From an uncultured virus (IMG/VR IMGVR_UViG_3300020048_000119) (Duplodnaviria > Heunggongvirae > Uroviricota > Caudoviricetes), in IMG/VR virus record IMGVR_UViG_3300020048_000119, positions 1-64,000 of that record: 64,000 nt of DNA. One strand, given 5' to 3'. Position numbers and translations under genes: made by a program. The notes below the pieces were generated by a model. The model made no database searches. It worked only from the letters and a program-made list of their open reading frames with translations, and was not told the origin of the DNA. Below, piece after piece: positions 1 through 10,066 of the stretch (the stretch's first letter is position 1; every line of letters begins with the position of its first letter).

Positions 1-2846
1 TAGAGTGTAAACACATTATCCGTTAAGACGTGAAGCATGTTTGATAGGATTGATATGTTAGCTCTTATTGCTCTGAATGTTTTGCTTGTCCTGGTTCCTA
101 TTGCATCTACTGCGCTGGTCTTAGTTTCTTTTATTGCTCTCGCAATGGTTCCTACATTCTTATGTAATGCTGTTACTACCTTCTTAAAGAAGCTCTTTCT
201 AGTTACTGTACCAGTCCCATCAGTAGTTCCTGTTTTTGTTTCTTTGATTAGTCTCTTAGCTATTCCGGTAGTCCTCTCTAGTGCTGTCTTAACTACTTTT
301 ATAAAGCTCTTAGCATTTGCTGTAATTCTAATTTGGCCGGCACGTATCATAAAAGTCTTACGAGCATTACTTGAGGTAAGCAAGACTAGCGCTGATACTG
401 TTTTGTAGAGTACCTGAACACCTGAGATAAATGAGCCTATAAAAGAACCTATTAAATCTACTAAACCTGTTATCTTACGATATATCTTCGTAGCTTTGGC
501 GCCTATAAGATCTACTGCACCAACTACCTTATGGTATGTTTTAGTTGCTTTGTTTCCGGTGAGTAAAGTAGTTCCACGCTTAACTGCTTTGATTAGTCGT
601 GTGGGTTGACTTACTGTTATCCTTAGGGCGCCCGAGACTATCTTATATAATACCAATAGACGTCCAACTAAGCCAGTAGTTATGATGCGTCCGCTTTTAA
701 TAGCTTTGATGAGTCTCTTTGTTGGACCTGTAATTATAGCATGGCCAGACTTTGCTACTTTTATAAAGCGTTTAGTTGGCCCAGTAATTCTACTTAGCCC
801 TGTCTTCTTCTCCTTAATAGCTCTAGGTGGAGTTAATGAAGTTGAGTGTATGTCCACTAATACAGCTTTTATAAGTAACTGCTTAAATGTAAACGAGCCA
901 AGTAGCTCTACTAAGCCGTTAACTGTTTTATAATATAGCGTTCCAGTAGGTCCTGCTTCTATTTCTTCTACAGGCGCAAGATACGCAATACCCACTGCAC
1001 CCACATAATCTACTGTACTAGCTAAATAATTAGCAACTAGAACTACGCCCGCTGGAAGAAGTACTGAAGCACCATCTCCGATAATGGTTAAACCCGATGC
1101 GAATACTGTATTAGCATCTATTGAAAGAGTGGTACCGGATAATGTGATTGTAAAGAAGTTTAAGTCCAAGGTTGCGTTGTGTTGTGCTGCTATGAAGAAT
1201 CGAGAACTATCTAGAACTTCTAGTCCACGGGTTAGCCCACTTACATTTAAGGAAGTTTCTAAGTCTAAAGCAGCACCGAAAGCAATTGCGTTTCCTGTTA
1301 TAGTTGCGTATACTGCCTGATATTTGTTACCCCAGTCACCGGTTAGAATAGCGTGTGTGCTATCAATAGCCTTTACTTTAGGGCCAATACATACAGTAGC
1401 GTCAGTAGAAGCTAGATAGGTCAAACCGTAAGTAATAGAGGAGCCGGTAAATGTTCCAATTTTACAATATCCTGGCCTAACCGTGAGAGATTGATAGTAT
1501 TGATAAAATACTATAAAGCGGGTACTATCTAATGGAGATACTGAAACATAATCCGTTTGGTAGTTGTTAAAGTTAACAGCAGTAGCTGCAATGGATAGCG
1601 TTGTATCAGATCTAGTTATACCTACCGATTTTCCTTTCTGAGAGTCTGAATTATCACCAAACACAATCACCGCAGAAGTGGACGATAACACAGCAATTGC
1701 TGCTGAATATGAATAGTTGCTTATTGTCGCGAGCGTACCGGTAAAGCTCAGTATAGTACCAAAAGAGAAACTGCGATAGGTTGGATTATATGTAGCTACA
1801 ACAGCTTTACCATCAAAGGTACCATCATCATCGCGCCATATAATCAAGAAGTGTGTAGCATCCATAGCAGCTATCTTAAGTGTGGTTGGCGACACTGCAT
1901 TGTCTGTAAAAGTACCGGCACTATCATCCATAATTAGTGTTCCATCTATTAATTCACCAAGTCCTATTATGCCTTGATAATTATTATTATCTGCACGGAC
2001 ATACGCAAAAATAGTATCGGTCACTTTTACCGCGTCGACTGTTTCTGATGCCGCATTAGCAGGGTTTGTGTGGGTTAGCCCTATCGGAGTAATTGATGGA
2101 GCTGCATAGTTTATAGCTGTTCCGGGGCCGTTTATCTTAGTTGTAGCTTTTATAACAGCTTCACTATTAAGTTCATTATCAGACTGTATCGATAGGGTAA
2201 AGTATACCTTAAAGCCAGCAGTCGCAGACTCCGTCCCTGTCGTTGCTTTGACCATTCCAGCTGCTGTGTCTATACCATAAAACCATGCAAGCCCTCCACC
2301 AACACCAGAAGATATTGTTTGCTGGTGTCCAACTGTAATGCTTGCTAGGTCAGTATTAGCTACATTACTTATTAGAGTAGTAGAGGCAGCATCTCTATCA
2401 AGACCTATTATATTTAATATCATTGCGTTAGGCGATAAAGACGTGATTGAAGGACAGCTAAAATTGGCAATAGCGGTAGCGTCCGTTTGATCTGCTACTG
2501 CCTCTATTGGACTACTTTGTTTAATACCACGGAATGCAATCATTTGACCGACAGTATGGTTACCTGTATCATTGATACCTACTGATGCCTGTGTCCCAGT
2601 ATATACTTTCCACCATACGCCGAGCCGGACGCCTCCGATCGCCGCCGCCGTTCCTCTTGAAAGCGGGGATCCCGTCAGCTGTGTCCAGGTGGCACCTTCA
2701 GCGCTACTCGTAAATACAAATGCCTCATTGGCGGATTCTGCCATAAGGATAAGTAAATCACCGGCAACTATAGACGCTGGGACTGCTATTGTAATCGCGC
2801 CGGTACCACTTGCGAAGGCGCCTTTGTTTACTAATGTAACTGCCAC
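1..2846 (-). CDS. Large virion fibre/adhesin-like protein (>=948 aa, runs off the window edge; missing from the ORF track)
   Basis: GTG at 2846 follows RBS AGAGGAGG. It reads MAVTLVNKGAFASGTGAITIAVPAS... with no stop seen in the window. Central repeats such as VSVSPLDSTRFIVFY and IAAMDATHFLIIWRD precede K/R-rich repeats. Confidence 0.75.
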   Translation of the reverse strand, partial: MAVTLVNKGAFASGTGAITIAVPASIVAGDLLILMAESANEAFVFTSSAEGATWTQLTGSPLSRGTAAAIGGVRLGVWWKVYTGTQASVGINDTGNHTVGQMIAFRGIKQSSPIEAVADQTDATAIANFSCPSITSLSPNAMILNIIGLDRDAASTTLISNVANTDLASITVGHQQTISSGVGGGLAWFYGIDTAAGMVKATTGTESATAGFKVYFTLSIQSDNELNSEAVIKATTKINGPGTAINYAAPSITPIGLTHTNPANAASETVDAVKVTDTIFAYVRADNNNYQGIIGLGELIDGTLIMDDSAGTFTDNAVSPTTLKIAAMDATHFLIIWRDDDGTFDGKAVVATYNPTYRSFSFGTILSFTGTLATISNYSYSAAIAVLSSTSAVIVFGDNSDSQKGKSVGITRSDTTLSIAATAVNFNNYQTDYVSVSPLDSTRFIVFYQYYQSLTVRPGYCKIGTFTGSSITYGLTYLASTDATVCIGPKVKAIDSTHAILTGDWGNKYQAVYATITGNAIAFGAALDLETSLNVSGLTRGLEVLDSSRFFIAAQHNATLDLNFFTITLSGTTLSIDANTVFASGLTIIGDGASVLLPAGVVLVANYLASTVDYVGAVGIAYLAPVEEIEAGPTGTLYYKTVNGLVELLGSFTFKQLLIKAVLVDIHSTSLTPPRAIKEKKTGLSRITGPTKRFIKVAKSGHAIITGPTKRLIKAIKSGRIITTGLVGRLLVLYKIVSGALRITVSQPTRLIKAVKRGTTLLTGNKATKTYHKVVGAVDLIGAKATKIYRKITGLVDLIGSFIGSFISGVQVLYKTVSALVLLTSSNARKTFMIRAGQIRITANAKSFIKVVKTALERTTGIAKRLIKETKTGTTDGTGTVTRKSFFKKVVTALHKNVGTIARAIKETKTSAVDAIGTRTSKTFRAIRANISILSNMLHVLTDNVFTL

Positions 2847-2863
2847 AGCTATTCCTCCTCTAT

Positions 2864-3394
2864 TTATTCACTAAGTCCAATATTGATACTAACCAATAGG
2901 CTATCTCCAGCCGCCACAACTCTACTTTGAGATAGCTGTACAGAGCAAAGAAGTTTCCCAGACGTTCCTGAAGCTGCGGTACAAAGAAAAACAAAATTTA
3001 CAGCAGACCAAGAAGGTGTAGTACAGGTGAAGGTACAGGTTTTACTAGCTGCCTTATAAAAGGAAGCTGGCTGAGAAAGTACAAAGTCTTGGCCACTAAC
3101 TCCTGTACCTGTTGTACTTAAAGCTATTCGCGCATATCCAGCGCTAGAAGGTTCGCCCACTTGAGCTAGCCCATAATCTTCTAACATTCCGCCTGCTCCA
3201 TTTGTAGTCAGCCCTAGGTATAAAGTTGACGCTCTAGAGAATCCACTTAAGTTAGATGCAAAAGCCTGGGCAAGAATATACTGCTCTCCTTCATCATGAA
3301 GCATATTCAGTATATTGTCTTCCTCCCATAGCACATTACCCTCTTTGTCAATATGCTCAATATGCGCCACGTGTAGTATATGTAGGTTTTTCAT
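2864..3394 (-). CDS. Small tail/baseplate structural protein (paralog family)
   Basis: RBS AAGGAGG. The C-terminal pattern FVFLC..A..G.LL....VxxGDSLxV is shared with neighbouring genes. Confidence 0.6.
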   Translation of the reverse strand: MKNLHILHVAHIEHIDKEGNVLWEEDNILNMLHDEGEQYILAQAFASNLSGFSRASTLYLGLTTNGAGGMLEDYGLAQVGEPSSAGYARIALSTTGTGVSGQDFVLSQPASFYKAASKTCTFTCTTPSWSAVNFVFLCTAASGTSGKLLCSVQLSQSRVVAAGDSLLVSINIGLSE

Positions 3395-3420
3395 AATTAC
3401 CCTCCTTTTACAAGTATAGA

Positions 3421-3438
3421 GGAGACCCGAAGGTCTCC
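3421..3438 (-). terminator. Stable cUUCGg hairpin (terminator or mRNA stabiliser)
   Basis: GGAGACC-TTCG-GGTCTCC on the minus strand, between genes, with a weak U tract. Confidence 0.5.
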
Positions 3439-3461
3439 CCGTCTATCATTGGTTCTACTGA

Positions 3462-3845
3462 TCAGCCTTGGTCAAACACAGCTTTGATTGTGAACTCAAT
3501 TGAGTCGCCAACGTTTACATTGATAGCGCTGAATGTTCCACGTAAGAACAAATTGCCTACTGTCAATGCATCAAACAATCCAACTTCGGTAATTGCTTTA
3601 CTGGCTGTTGTGCAGATAATAGTGCCAACTACTTTGAAAGTGTCATTTGCGACGTTGGTAAGATCTCTTGAAGCTGTGCCTACTGTTCTTGCTTCAGGCC
3701 CAGGTGTCTCCATCTGTGTATTACCTACGACTGGAGCTGTTGTTCCAGTTCCCCAATGAATCCAGTGAGGTTCAGTGCCAGCGCCTATCATTCTGTTAGT
3801 GATGATTGCAAGGCCTGTTTCTGGGATCATAATTACATCTGCCAT
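3462..3845 (-). CDS. Small tail/baseplate structural protein (paralog family)
   Basis: WGTGT...ITEVGLFDA..GNLFLR..F..INVNVGDSIEFT pattern, typical of tail-associated beta-sandwich proteins. Confidence 0.7.
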   Translation of the reverse strand: MADVIMIPETGLAIITNRMIGAGTEPHWIHWGTGTTAPVVGNTQMETPGPEARTVGTASRDLTNVANDTFKVVGTIICTTASKAITEVGLFDALTVGNLFLRGTFSAINVNVGDSIEFTIKAVFDQG

Positions 3846-3848
3846 TTG

Positions 3849-4010
3849 TTAGTCCTCCTTCTTTTTGAATAATTGTAATAACTTGTTAAAACCTTTATCG
3901 CCAGGTCTCGCCGAAGCTACAACCTTGGGTTCACTTCTTTCACCAGTCTTACCGTCTATTTTAACGGCAGTTACTTCTAGTCTGCTTATGCCTCCTCTTG
4001 CTTCAAACAT
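3849..4010 (-). CDS. 53-aa protein (not in the ORF track)
   Basis: RBS GAAAGGAGGTGA, then MFEARGGISRLEVTAVKIDGKTGERSEPKVV...KKKED*. It fills the gap between two genes. Confidence 0.65.
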   Translation of the reverse strand: MFEARGGISRLEVTAVKIDGKTGERSEPKVVASARPGDKGFNKLLQLFKKKED

Positions 4011-4039
4011 AGCTTTCACCTCCTTTCATACTGCATCCA

Positions 4040-4765
4040 TTAATATGGCATTGTATACGTTGTTGTATAGCTAACGCTTAATTGTCCACCTACTGGGACT
4101 GTTATTGTGCCTGATAGTAAATCTCTAGCGACTAAGAAATATGCGTTAGCTGTAGTATACGCTAAATACTCTACTAGGCCAACCTCATTAACGGCTATAG
4201 AAGCTGCTGAGTTATTATTGAATACACGTGTAATAACTGAAGTCCACGTTTTTGTGGGGGAATCATACGTAACAGTAGGTAGCGCCATTATTCCATACAA
4301 GAGTTGCCCAGCTGCAGATCCAGCAGCTATCTTAGTTACAGTGTAGTCTTCAAAAGATTCAGCCCCTGTTCCACTGCCTACCCATATACCAAAACTACCT
4401 GTGGCAGCAGCCTCACACACGTAGGCTGCTATTGTAGCGCCCTCAGGGCTTGTAGGATATGTTAAAGCAGAGTCGCGATATGTTGTACCGCCGGTATGTT
4501 TCACACTGAGACTACCTGCACCATAGGTAGATGTTCCGGCACCGCTGGAGGCTGGTAAGAATAACCCAGCCAACATGTTATGCGCATTGCGCACCCAACT
4601 ATTAGACTTGCTATCATATGTTTCTATTAGACTGCCATCTGCATCATGTACCTGAAAGCTAATAAAAGAAATAGGCGGATGAGGTAGATGCATTTCTGTG
4701 CACTTATCGTTTAATTGCTTTAAATCATGCAGTAGTTCATCAGTTATATGATTTGTGGTTTTCAT
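4040..4765 (-). CDS. Tail/baseplate structural protein (paralog family)
   Basis: Start moved to MKTTNH, which follows GGGAGG. Motifs VGSGTG and VNEVGLV...ARD...ITVPVGGQLSVSY. Confidence 0.65.
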   Translation of the reverse strand: MKTTNHITDELLHDLKQLNDKCTEMHLPHPPISFISFQVHDADGSLIETYDSKSNSWVRNAHNMLAGLFLPASSGAGTSTYGAGSLSVKHTGGTTYRDSALTYPTSPEGATIAAYVCEAAATGSFGIWVGSGTGAESFEDYTVTKIAAGSAAGQLLYGIMALPTVTYDSPTKTWTSVITRVFNNNSAASIAVNEVGLVEYLAYTTANAYFLVARDLLSGTITVPVGGQLSVSYTTTYTMPY

Positions 4766-4775
4766 AGTATCCTCC

Positions 4776-5255
4776 CTATAATAGTGTAGCTGTGGCGTCA
4801 GTTGTAGGAATGCCTGGTATACTCTGTGTCTCACTAGTGCTCTGTGGCGTTTCTGATCGCAGGCTTGTACTTTCTACTGTACTAGGAATGCCTGGTACTG
4901 CGGCTGTTTGGTTATTGCTTTGTGGTGTTTCTGATCGCAGGCTTGTACTTTCTACTGTACTAGGAATGCCTGGAACAACCATTGTCTGATCAGGATTAAT
5001 ATACTCGCCAGGCGTAAATGTTCTATCAACTACATTTACTATACTCATAAGCCCCGCTACACTCTTTAAGAAGAAGCTACATGTAGCATACGTGGCAGTT
5101 AGTGTAGTCCTTGCTACAACTTCCTTTATATATTTATAATACGTAATTTGGTTCAAAATAGGACTAGCCAGTATACCAACAGAAATTTCTTTTCTTATAC
5201 GCACATAGTCTGTTCTGGTTTGACTGTTTACCGTGCCGTAGTTGGTAAGTAACAT
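4776..5255 (-). CDS. Hypothetical tail-region protein with a 26-aa tandem repeat
   Basis: RBS AAGGAGG. VPGIPSTVESTSLRSETPQS occurs twice, plus a partial third copy. Confidence 0.6.
   Translation of the reverse strand: MLLTNYGTVNSQTRTDYVRIRKEISVGILASPILNQITYYKYIKEVVARTTLTATYATCSFFLKSVAGLMSIVNVVDRTFTPGEYINPDQTMVVPGIPSTVESTSLRSETPQSNNQTAAVPGIPSTVESTSLRSETPQSTSETQSIPGIPTTDATATLL
4805..4973. repeat. 78-bp-period intragenic tandem repeat
   Basis: TAGGAATGCCTGG at 4805, 4883 and 4961. Segments 4843-4895 and 4921-4973 differ at one base. Confidence 0.9.
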
Positions 5256-5268
5256 GCTCTACCTCCTT

Positions 5269-8200
5269 CTATAACTTTGTCTCTGTTGAGGTAGTGGTGC
5301 TGCTAATGTTGCCTGTTACTGTCCGTGAAAAATCGGATGCGCCAAGGGCTCCAAATAGTATCCACTCATTTGTATCTATTTTCTTTAAAGTTACTGCGCC
5401 ATATCTGCTGCCTATACCCGTCAAACCTTCTACACTATTAAGCGTAGCATCTATTGTTAAAAAAGAAACATTAGCATTATAGCGAACAAACACAAGTTCT
5501 GTATCTACTGGCATATACGCTTTATCATCTGCTTGAATAGTAATCGTTATTGGTGCGTCATTCTTACATATATAGATGGTGGGTACCTCTAGGGTAGCTA
5601 GCGTCTTGTGGGTAATTAATGTTGCAGTAGGTGTTAAACTTGAGATGTTACTATTTCCAGCCATCCTAAAAGAACACCTTGTTAAGACATATGGTATAAC
5701 AGCACTGTTTACTACATCCGTTACATTCAACTCTATACAGCAGTTTAAAGCTTCTATGCCTGTGCTAAATTCATCTGAAATAGTAACATGACTTAGAACT
5801 AAAAGAGCTGTATCCCACATATATATTGCATAGTCGCCAGTGGGTCCACTGCAGGTTACATTAGTCAGAGAGAGATATTTACCGTCGTAGCTATCAATTC
5901 CATCACCATCTATTACACTATCTGAAATGATACCATAGCGGCTACACTGTAAGCAGAGCCAACCTACTGACTCAATGTATGTACCAGTAAAGTCTATACT
6001 AGTTACGTCGAATGTCCATGAGACGTTAAGTTTATTTATGTATACACTCCAATATGGACACACGAGTACTGTATCTCTAAGTGCAACAGTATACACTGCA
6101 TCAGAGTTTATGAAGAGCTTATTACAAACACTAGCATTCTTAAAAACAATATCAGTTTCTTCTACTATGTTAGTAAGCGGATTTATATAGAACGAATAAC
6201 CACCGCTCCAACCTGCTTGTGGTGTGCCCACTGTTACTTCACAGTATGCACTTATCTTATTGAGAGCCGCCTGCACTGTAAGCAGAGGAGTAAACTGGGT
6301 TAGCCCATCATTATCATCGTCACCAACATTGCTTATGTAGTAATTGATCTGTGCTACTGCCTTACTTAATAGCCTGCCTTCTATCTCCTGTGACGACCAG
6401 GTATGTACTAGATCAGTTACACTATCATCAATTTCGTCAGTATTTATGTATCCCTCACGGTAGATTTTTGACTTACTATCTACTGTGTAGCTGATGTTTA
6501 TACAGTCTTCATAGTTTACGTTTGTAAGTATAAACCTAGAAAAGTTTGCAATTTCACAAACCTTACCAGAGTAGCGTATCACATGCAACCAGTCTAACTG
6601 AACAGTAGCATCTAGTTCAGCAACGACTAAACTATCACGCATATTAGCGTCTACGATATGTACTGCACCGTCACCGCTAGAAATGCAGGATGAAGAAAAA
6701 GCTTCTATTAGATGCCATGCATCGGGCCAGTAAAAATATACCCCGTCTAGTACTATTGCGCTACAGCTATCTGCATAAACTAGGCTAGCTGTTCCACTGC
6801 CTATATGTGTAAAGGAGCTATACGCAACAGTTATTTTACTATTGTGAGTCGCGTCCAGTGCTATTTCAGCATACGATACTACACAATTCTCCGCGGAGAT
6901 AACAGATGAGTCATAGGCGAATAATGCACGTACGCCTACTGTTATAATCTCAACAGCTTCGCCATATATGGTACTACCATAATATGCGCCCAGTGCATCA
7001 TACCCTACGTTTTCTATATATGCCCAAGCTACGTTAGCCGTGCTATTACCATATACACAAACAGCATCCATGCCACAGTTAATTATATCAGAGTACTCTA
7101 AACTTACATAGCTCGCACTCTGCGCATCACAGCCTCGTTTAATAACACCATCTATTATGACACCATCAGCTACTATTGTTGCAGCATTATAGGCTACTAG
7201 TGCGTTTTTTCCAATTACTTTTAACCAGCCATAATGGTAGTAGATATGTGAGCCTGACTCTGCAAATACCGCATCACCGGCTATGCTTTCCATATTGCAA
7301 TTCTCAGCATATATGGTAGCAGCGTAGGCGTATATACCGCCACCTAAGCAATTATTTATTTCAGAATCTTCCATATTTATTATTGAACCACCATACGCGC
7401 CAACCGCTACTGGATCACAAAAATCATGCCATACTGCCCCACAGTTATCTATGGTGCAACTGTCAGCGTATATACTACTTGTGCCGTAAGCATATATTGC
7501 AGCCGCATTACAGTTCGTTATAGTTGCCGCAACTATATGTATATTTGAGGAATATGCCACTACTCCAAAGCCTGTACAGTTATCTATAGAAACCCTAGGA
7601 GCATTAATAGTAGAGTCTTGGTAGGCGTATAAAGCATCACCAGCTCTTTCTACGGATACGTCATCATGGTACTGCTTATGAATATTGCTAATTATACTAT
7701 CGTCTGCTAAGTTTACTACGCCTACTTCTTCTACCATTACAGCGTGCCAGTGACAGTCTGAAATTTCTACACCATAAAAATCTACCCTTCCACCAACACA
7801 GTGTATACCTGGGCCAGACGCCCCGCGGATTTTACCAAAGATAGAGGCTCTAGAACCTTTAGTTATGTAGTACATTGCGTGATTAGGAGGGAAAGACCAT
7901 TCAGCGTCACCAGGACCTATGGTGTCATCCATATAGAAAGATGCACTTACAACAGGCAGTTTACCCGCTGCGTTTACGTAGAACGCTGGTCTGATAGCAT
8001 TCATATCTGAATATGCACGTCCACTTGGTTCAATAGTCAAGGCACTTTTAGTTATAGTATGTACTTCAGCTGGGTTCTGCGACTTAATATGTATCCAACT
8101 TAAATCAGCGCCATTTACAAGTACCTGCTCTGCCATAACGAAGCCAGGCAACAGCTGTATAATAACATAGCAGAAAGGATACGATGGGTGAAGCTTCATA

Positions 8201-8724
8201 AAATAACGTAAAGCTGCATTAATTGTCGCAAACTGTCCACCTGTGCCTACCGTAACTAGTTGGTAACCTGTGAAGCCTAGTCCATCTTCTGGAACTACTG
8301 GAAGTGTTGGGGCACCAACAGCTACTGTATTAACAGCGGCAGCTACATCCGATGATATGCTATATTCTGGATATACTGCAATATGTACTACTACGCCACT
8401 TGTTCCTTCAACAAGTAACTGGAGGCTCACTAGTGTTTTATTTGTATCCAGCGCTACATAAAAGGACCTTGCAGATAATGGATTAGCTAGATGTACGTAT
8501 TGAACATCGTCACCATAATCAGCTATAAAACGAACATCCGCATTCTGTAGCGAACTACCCGTAAGTGCTACCTTAAGATGCTGTGGTGTAGCACCTAGTA
8601 AAGGCGCCACAAGTTCGCATGTAGCTAGCCCACCTATATCAAAAGTAATGGTACCGTTAACAACCGTACAGTCACTCATAAACCAAGCCGTATCTGCTTT
8701 AATTATGTTTGCTAAAAACTGCAT
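5269..8724 (-). CDS. Tail spike / receptor-binding protein with a right-handed parallel beta-helix
   Basis: About 22-aa repeats (IxNCxxxAIYAYxxSxI). TVGTGGQFATINAAL and YYISNVGDDDNDGLT..P..TVQAAL are beta-helix cap motifs. It lies downstream of Dit/Tal. Confidence 0.75.
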   Translation of the reverse strand: MQFLANIIKADTAWFMSDCTVVNGTITFDIGGLATCELVAPLLGATPQHLKVALTGSSLQNADVRFIADYGDDVQYVHLANPLSARSFYVALDTNKTLVSLQLLVEGTSGVVVHIAVYPEYSISSDVAAAVNTVAVGAPTLPVVPEDGLGFTGYQLVTVGTGGQFATINAALRYFMKLHPSYPFCYVIIQLLPGFVMAEQVLVNGADLSWIHIKSQNPAEVHTITKSALTIEPSGRAYSDMNAIRPAFYVNAAGKLPVVSASFYMDDTIGPGDAEWSFPPNHAMYYITKGSRASIFGKIRGASGPGIHCVGGRVDFYGVEISDCHWHAVMVEEVGVVNLADDSIISNIHKQYHDDVSVERAGDALYAYQDSTINAPRVSIDNCTGFGVVAYSSNIHIVAATITNCNAAAIYAYGTSSIYADSCTIDNCGAVWHDFCDPVAVGAYGGSIINMEDSEINNCLGGGIYAYAATIYAENCNMESIAGDAVFAESGSHIYYHYGWLKVIGKNALVAYNAATIVADGVIIDGVIKRGCDAQSASYVSLEYSDIINCGMDAVCVYGNSTANVAWAYIENVGYDALGAYYGSTIYGEAVEIITVGVRALFAYDSSVISAENCVVSYAEIALDATHNSKITVAYSSFTHIGSGTASLVYADSCSAIVLDGVYFYWPDAWHLIEAFSSSCISSGDGAVHIVDANMRDSLVVAELDATVQLDWLHVIRYSGKVCEIANFSRFILTNVNYEDCINISYTVDSKSKIYREGYINTDEIDDSVTDLVHTWSSQEIEGRLLSKAVAQINYYISNVGDDDNDGLTQFTPLLTVQAALNKISAYCEVTVGTPQAGWSGGYSFYINPLTNIVEETDIVFKNASVCNKLFINSDAVYTVALRDTVLVCPYWSVYINKLNVSWTFDVTSIDFTGTYIESVGWLCLQCSRYGIISDSVIDGDGIDSYDGKYLSLTNVTCSGPTGDYAIYMWDTALLVLSHVTISDEFSTGIEALNCCIELNVTDVVNSAVIPYVLTRCSFRMAGNSNISSLTPTATLITHKTLATLEVPTIYICKNDAPITITIQADDKAYMPVDTELVFVRYNANVSFLTIDATLNSVEGLTGIGSRYGAVTLKKIDTNEWILFGALGASDFSRTVTGNISSTTTSTETKL

Positions 8725-8725
8725 A

Positions 8726-10060
8726 TTACACCTCCAGATATGCTGTATCTATAAAAGTATAGTCAGCTGATAAAACGCCAGCATAATGATATTCGGCTTT
8801 TATTAATAGTCCTGTTATAGTGGTAGCATATCTTGTACTCTCTATTTCTACTTTATCGCCAAGTTCTACGAGGGCATTACCTCTAGCGCTTATAGTTACA
8901 AATTTGTTTGAAGCCGCGATAAATGCATCTAACTTATCTTTATACCATGTGGCATGCGCATTAGTTAGAATATACTCATTAGTTACTTCTATCTGTTTAG
9001 GCGCTACGTCAGTAGATCTTTTATCTTTCTTTATACATGTTCCTATGATATCAATCTGTGCAGTTACATCAGATGGATCAGAATGTTCTACCGCCACCTC
9101 AACCTGTCGTGAAGTGTGGTCCCCTACTTCATATGATGTTAGCGCTGCTGTATTTGGAATAGTTATAGTGATAGAGTCTATATCCTTAACAGGTAACTTA
9201 GTAAATACAAATATAAATGTTTCAAGTATACCCGCAGGTAGGTCCATACCTGTAGCGCTATAGACAACTGCCGCCTCTTCTAGTGAGACCATTGCGTAAT
9301 TTAATAAACAGTTTGTGTATTGCTTTTGTAGTGACTGCTTTGTAGCCAGGCTCTGTATCTGTGTAGTATCAGTAAACGTAGCTACTGCGCTATTATTATT
9401 AAGAAGCGGCAGTACAGTAAACTGTTCAGCCCTATTTATCACTACTGCAGATAGTGTTGCGTTAAGTAACCTCTCAAGTGTTTGACCCCATGTTTCCATA
9501 GGGTATGCATACTTTAGTCTATAGTCTTCGCTTACAGTTATATCTCCGATCGTACAGTCTGTTAAACCCGCTACATCACCAATATAGTCAGAGATGTATC
9601 TATTTGTCATTACATCTAGCCCATCAGTTTTCTGATCAAACATTTTATTCATTATATCCATTGCTGTTATAGTTGCGTTAATGCCTAAAGCATCTGTTTG
9701 CCAGTCCTGAATATAGTAAATGCCCATGGGCACCCACGTAGTTACGCCAGTAGCCACGGTCTGTATCTCTAGCTTTATCTTTACGCCTTTTACTATTTTG
9801 CCATAAAAAGGACTTGCCGGATTTTTTGCGTTGAACCGCTTATCAGCTGCAGCTAGCTTTACTGTCAGCATGTTGCTAATGATAGACCCGGAGAGAGTGT
9901 CACCCTCAGGTAAACACTCCTCCACCATCTCAAATGATTGTAGATAATCTGCCTGCGTAAAAACAGTAGTAAGACCGCTAAAATAAAATGTGGCCTTAGC
10001 TATTATATGTCTACTGCTAGCATTAAATAAGTCGCTTGTAATTCCTGCTACTGTTAACAT
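8726..10060 (-). CDS. Tail tip / baseplate hub (Tal-like) protein
   Basis: Follows Dit. Motifs WVPMGIYYI...ITAMD and C-terminal RGNALVELGDKV. Confidence 0.65.
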   Translation of the reverse strand: MLTVAGITSDLFNASSRHIIAKATFYFSGLTTVFTQADYLQSFEMVEECLPEGDTLSGSIISNMLTVKLAAADKRFNAKNPASPFYGKIVKGVKIKLEIQTVATGVTTWVPMGIYYIQDWQTDALGINATITAMDIMNKMFDQKTDGLDVMTNRYISDYIGDVAGLTDCTIGDITVSEDYRLKYAYPMETWGQTLERLLNATLSAVVINRAEQFTVLPLLNNNSAVATFTDTTQIQSLATKQSLQKQYTNCLLNYAMVSLEEAAVVYSATGMDLPAGILETFIFVFTKLPVKDIDSITITIPNTAALTSYEVGDHTSRQVEVAVEHSDPSDVTAQIDIIGTCIKKDKRSTDVAPKQIEVTNEYILTNAHATWYKDKLDAFIAASNKFVTISARGNALVELGDKVEIESTRYATTITGLLIKAEYHYAGVLSADYTFIDTAYLEV

Positions 10061-10066
10061 AACTTC

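Noticed and set aside
4805..4973. Possible DGR template/variable repeat pair
   Set aside because: The copies are tandem and in frame within one gene with a single core mismatch, and no reverse transcriptase is present in the window.
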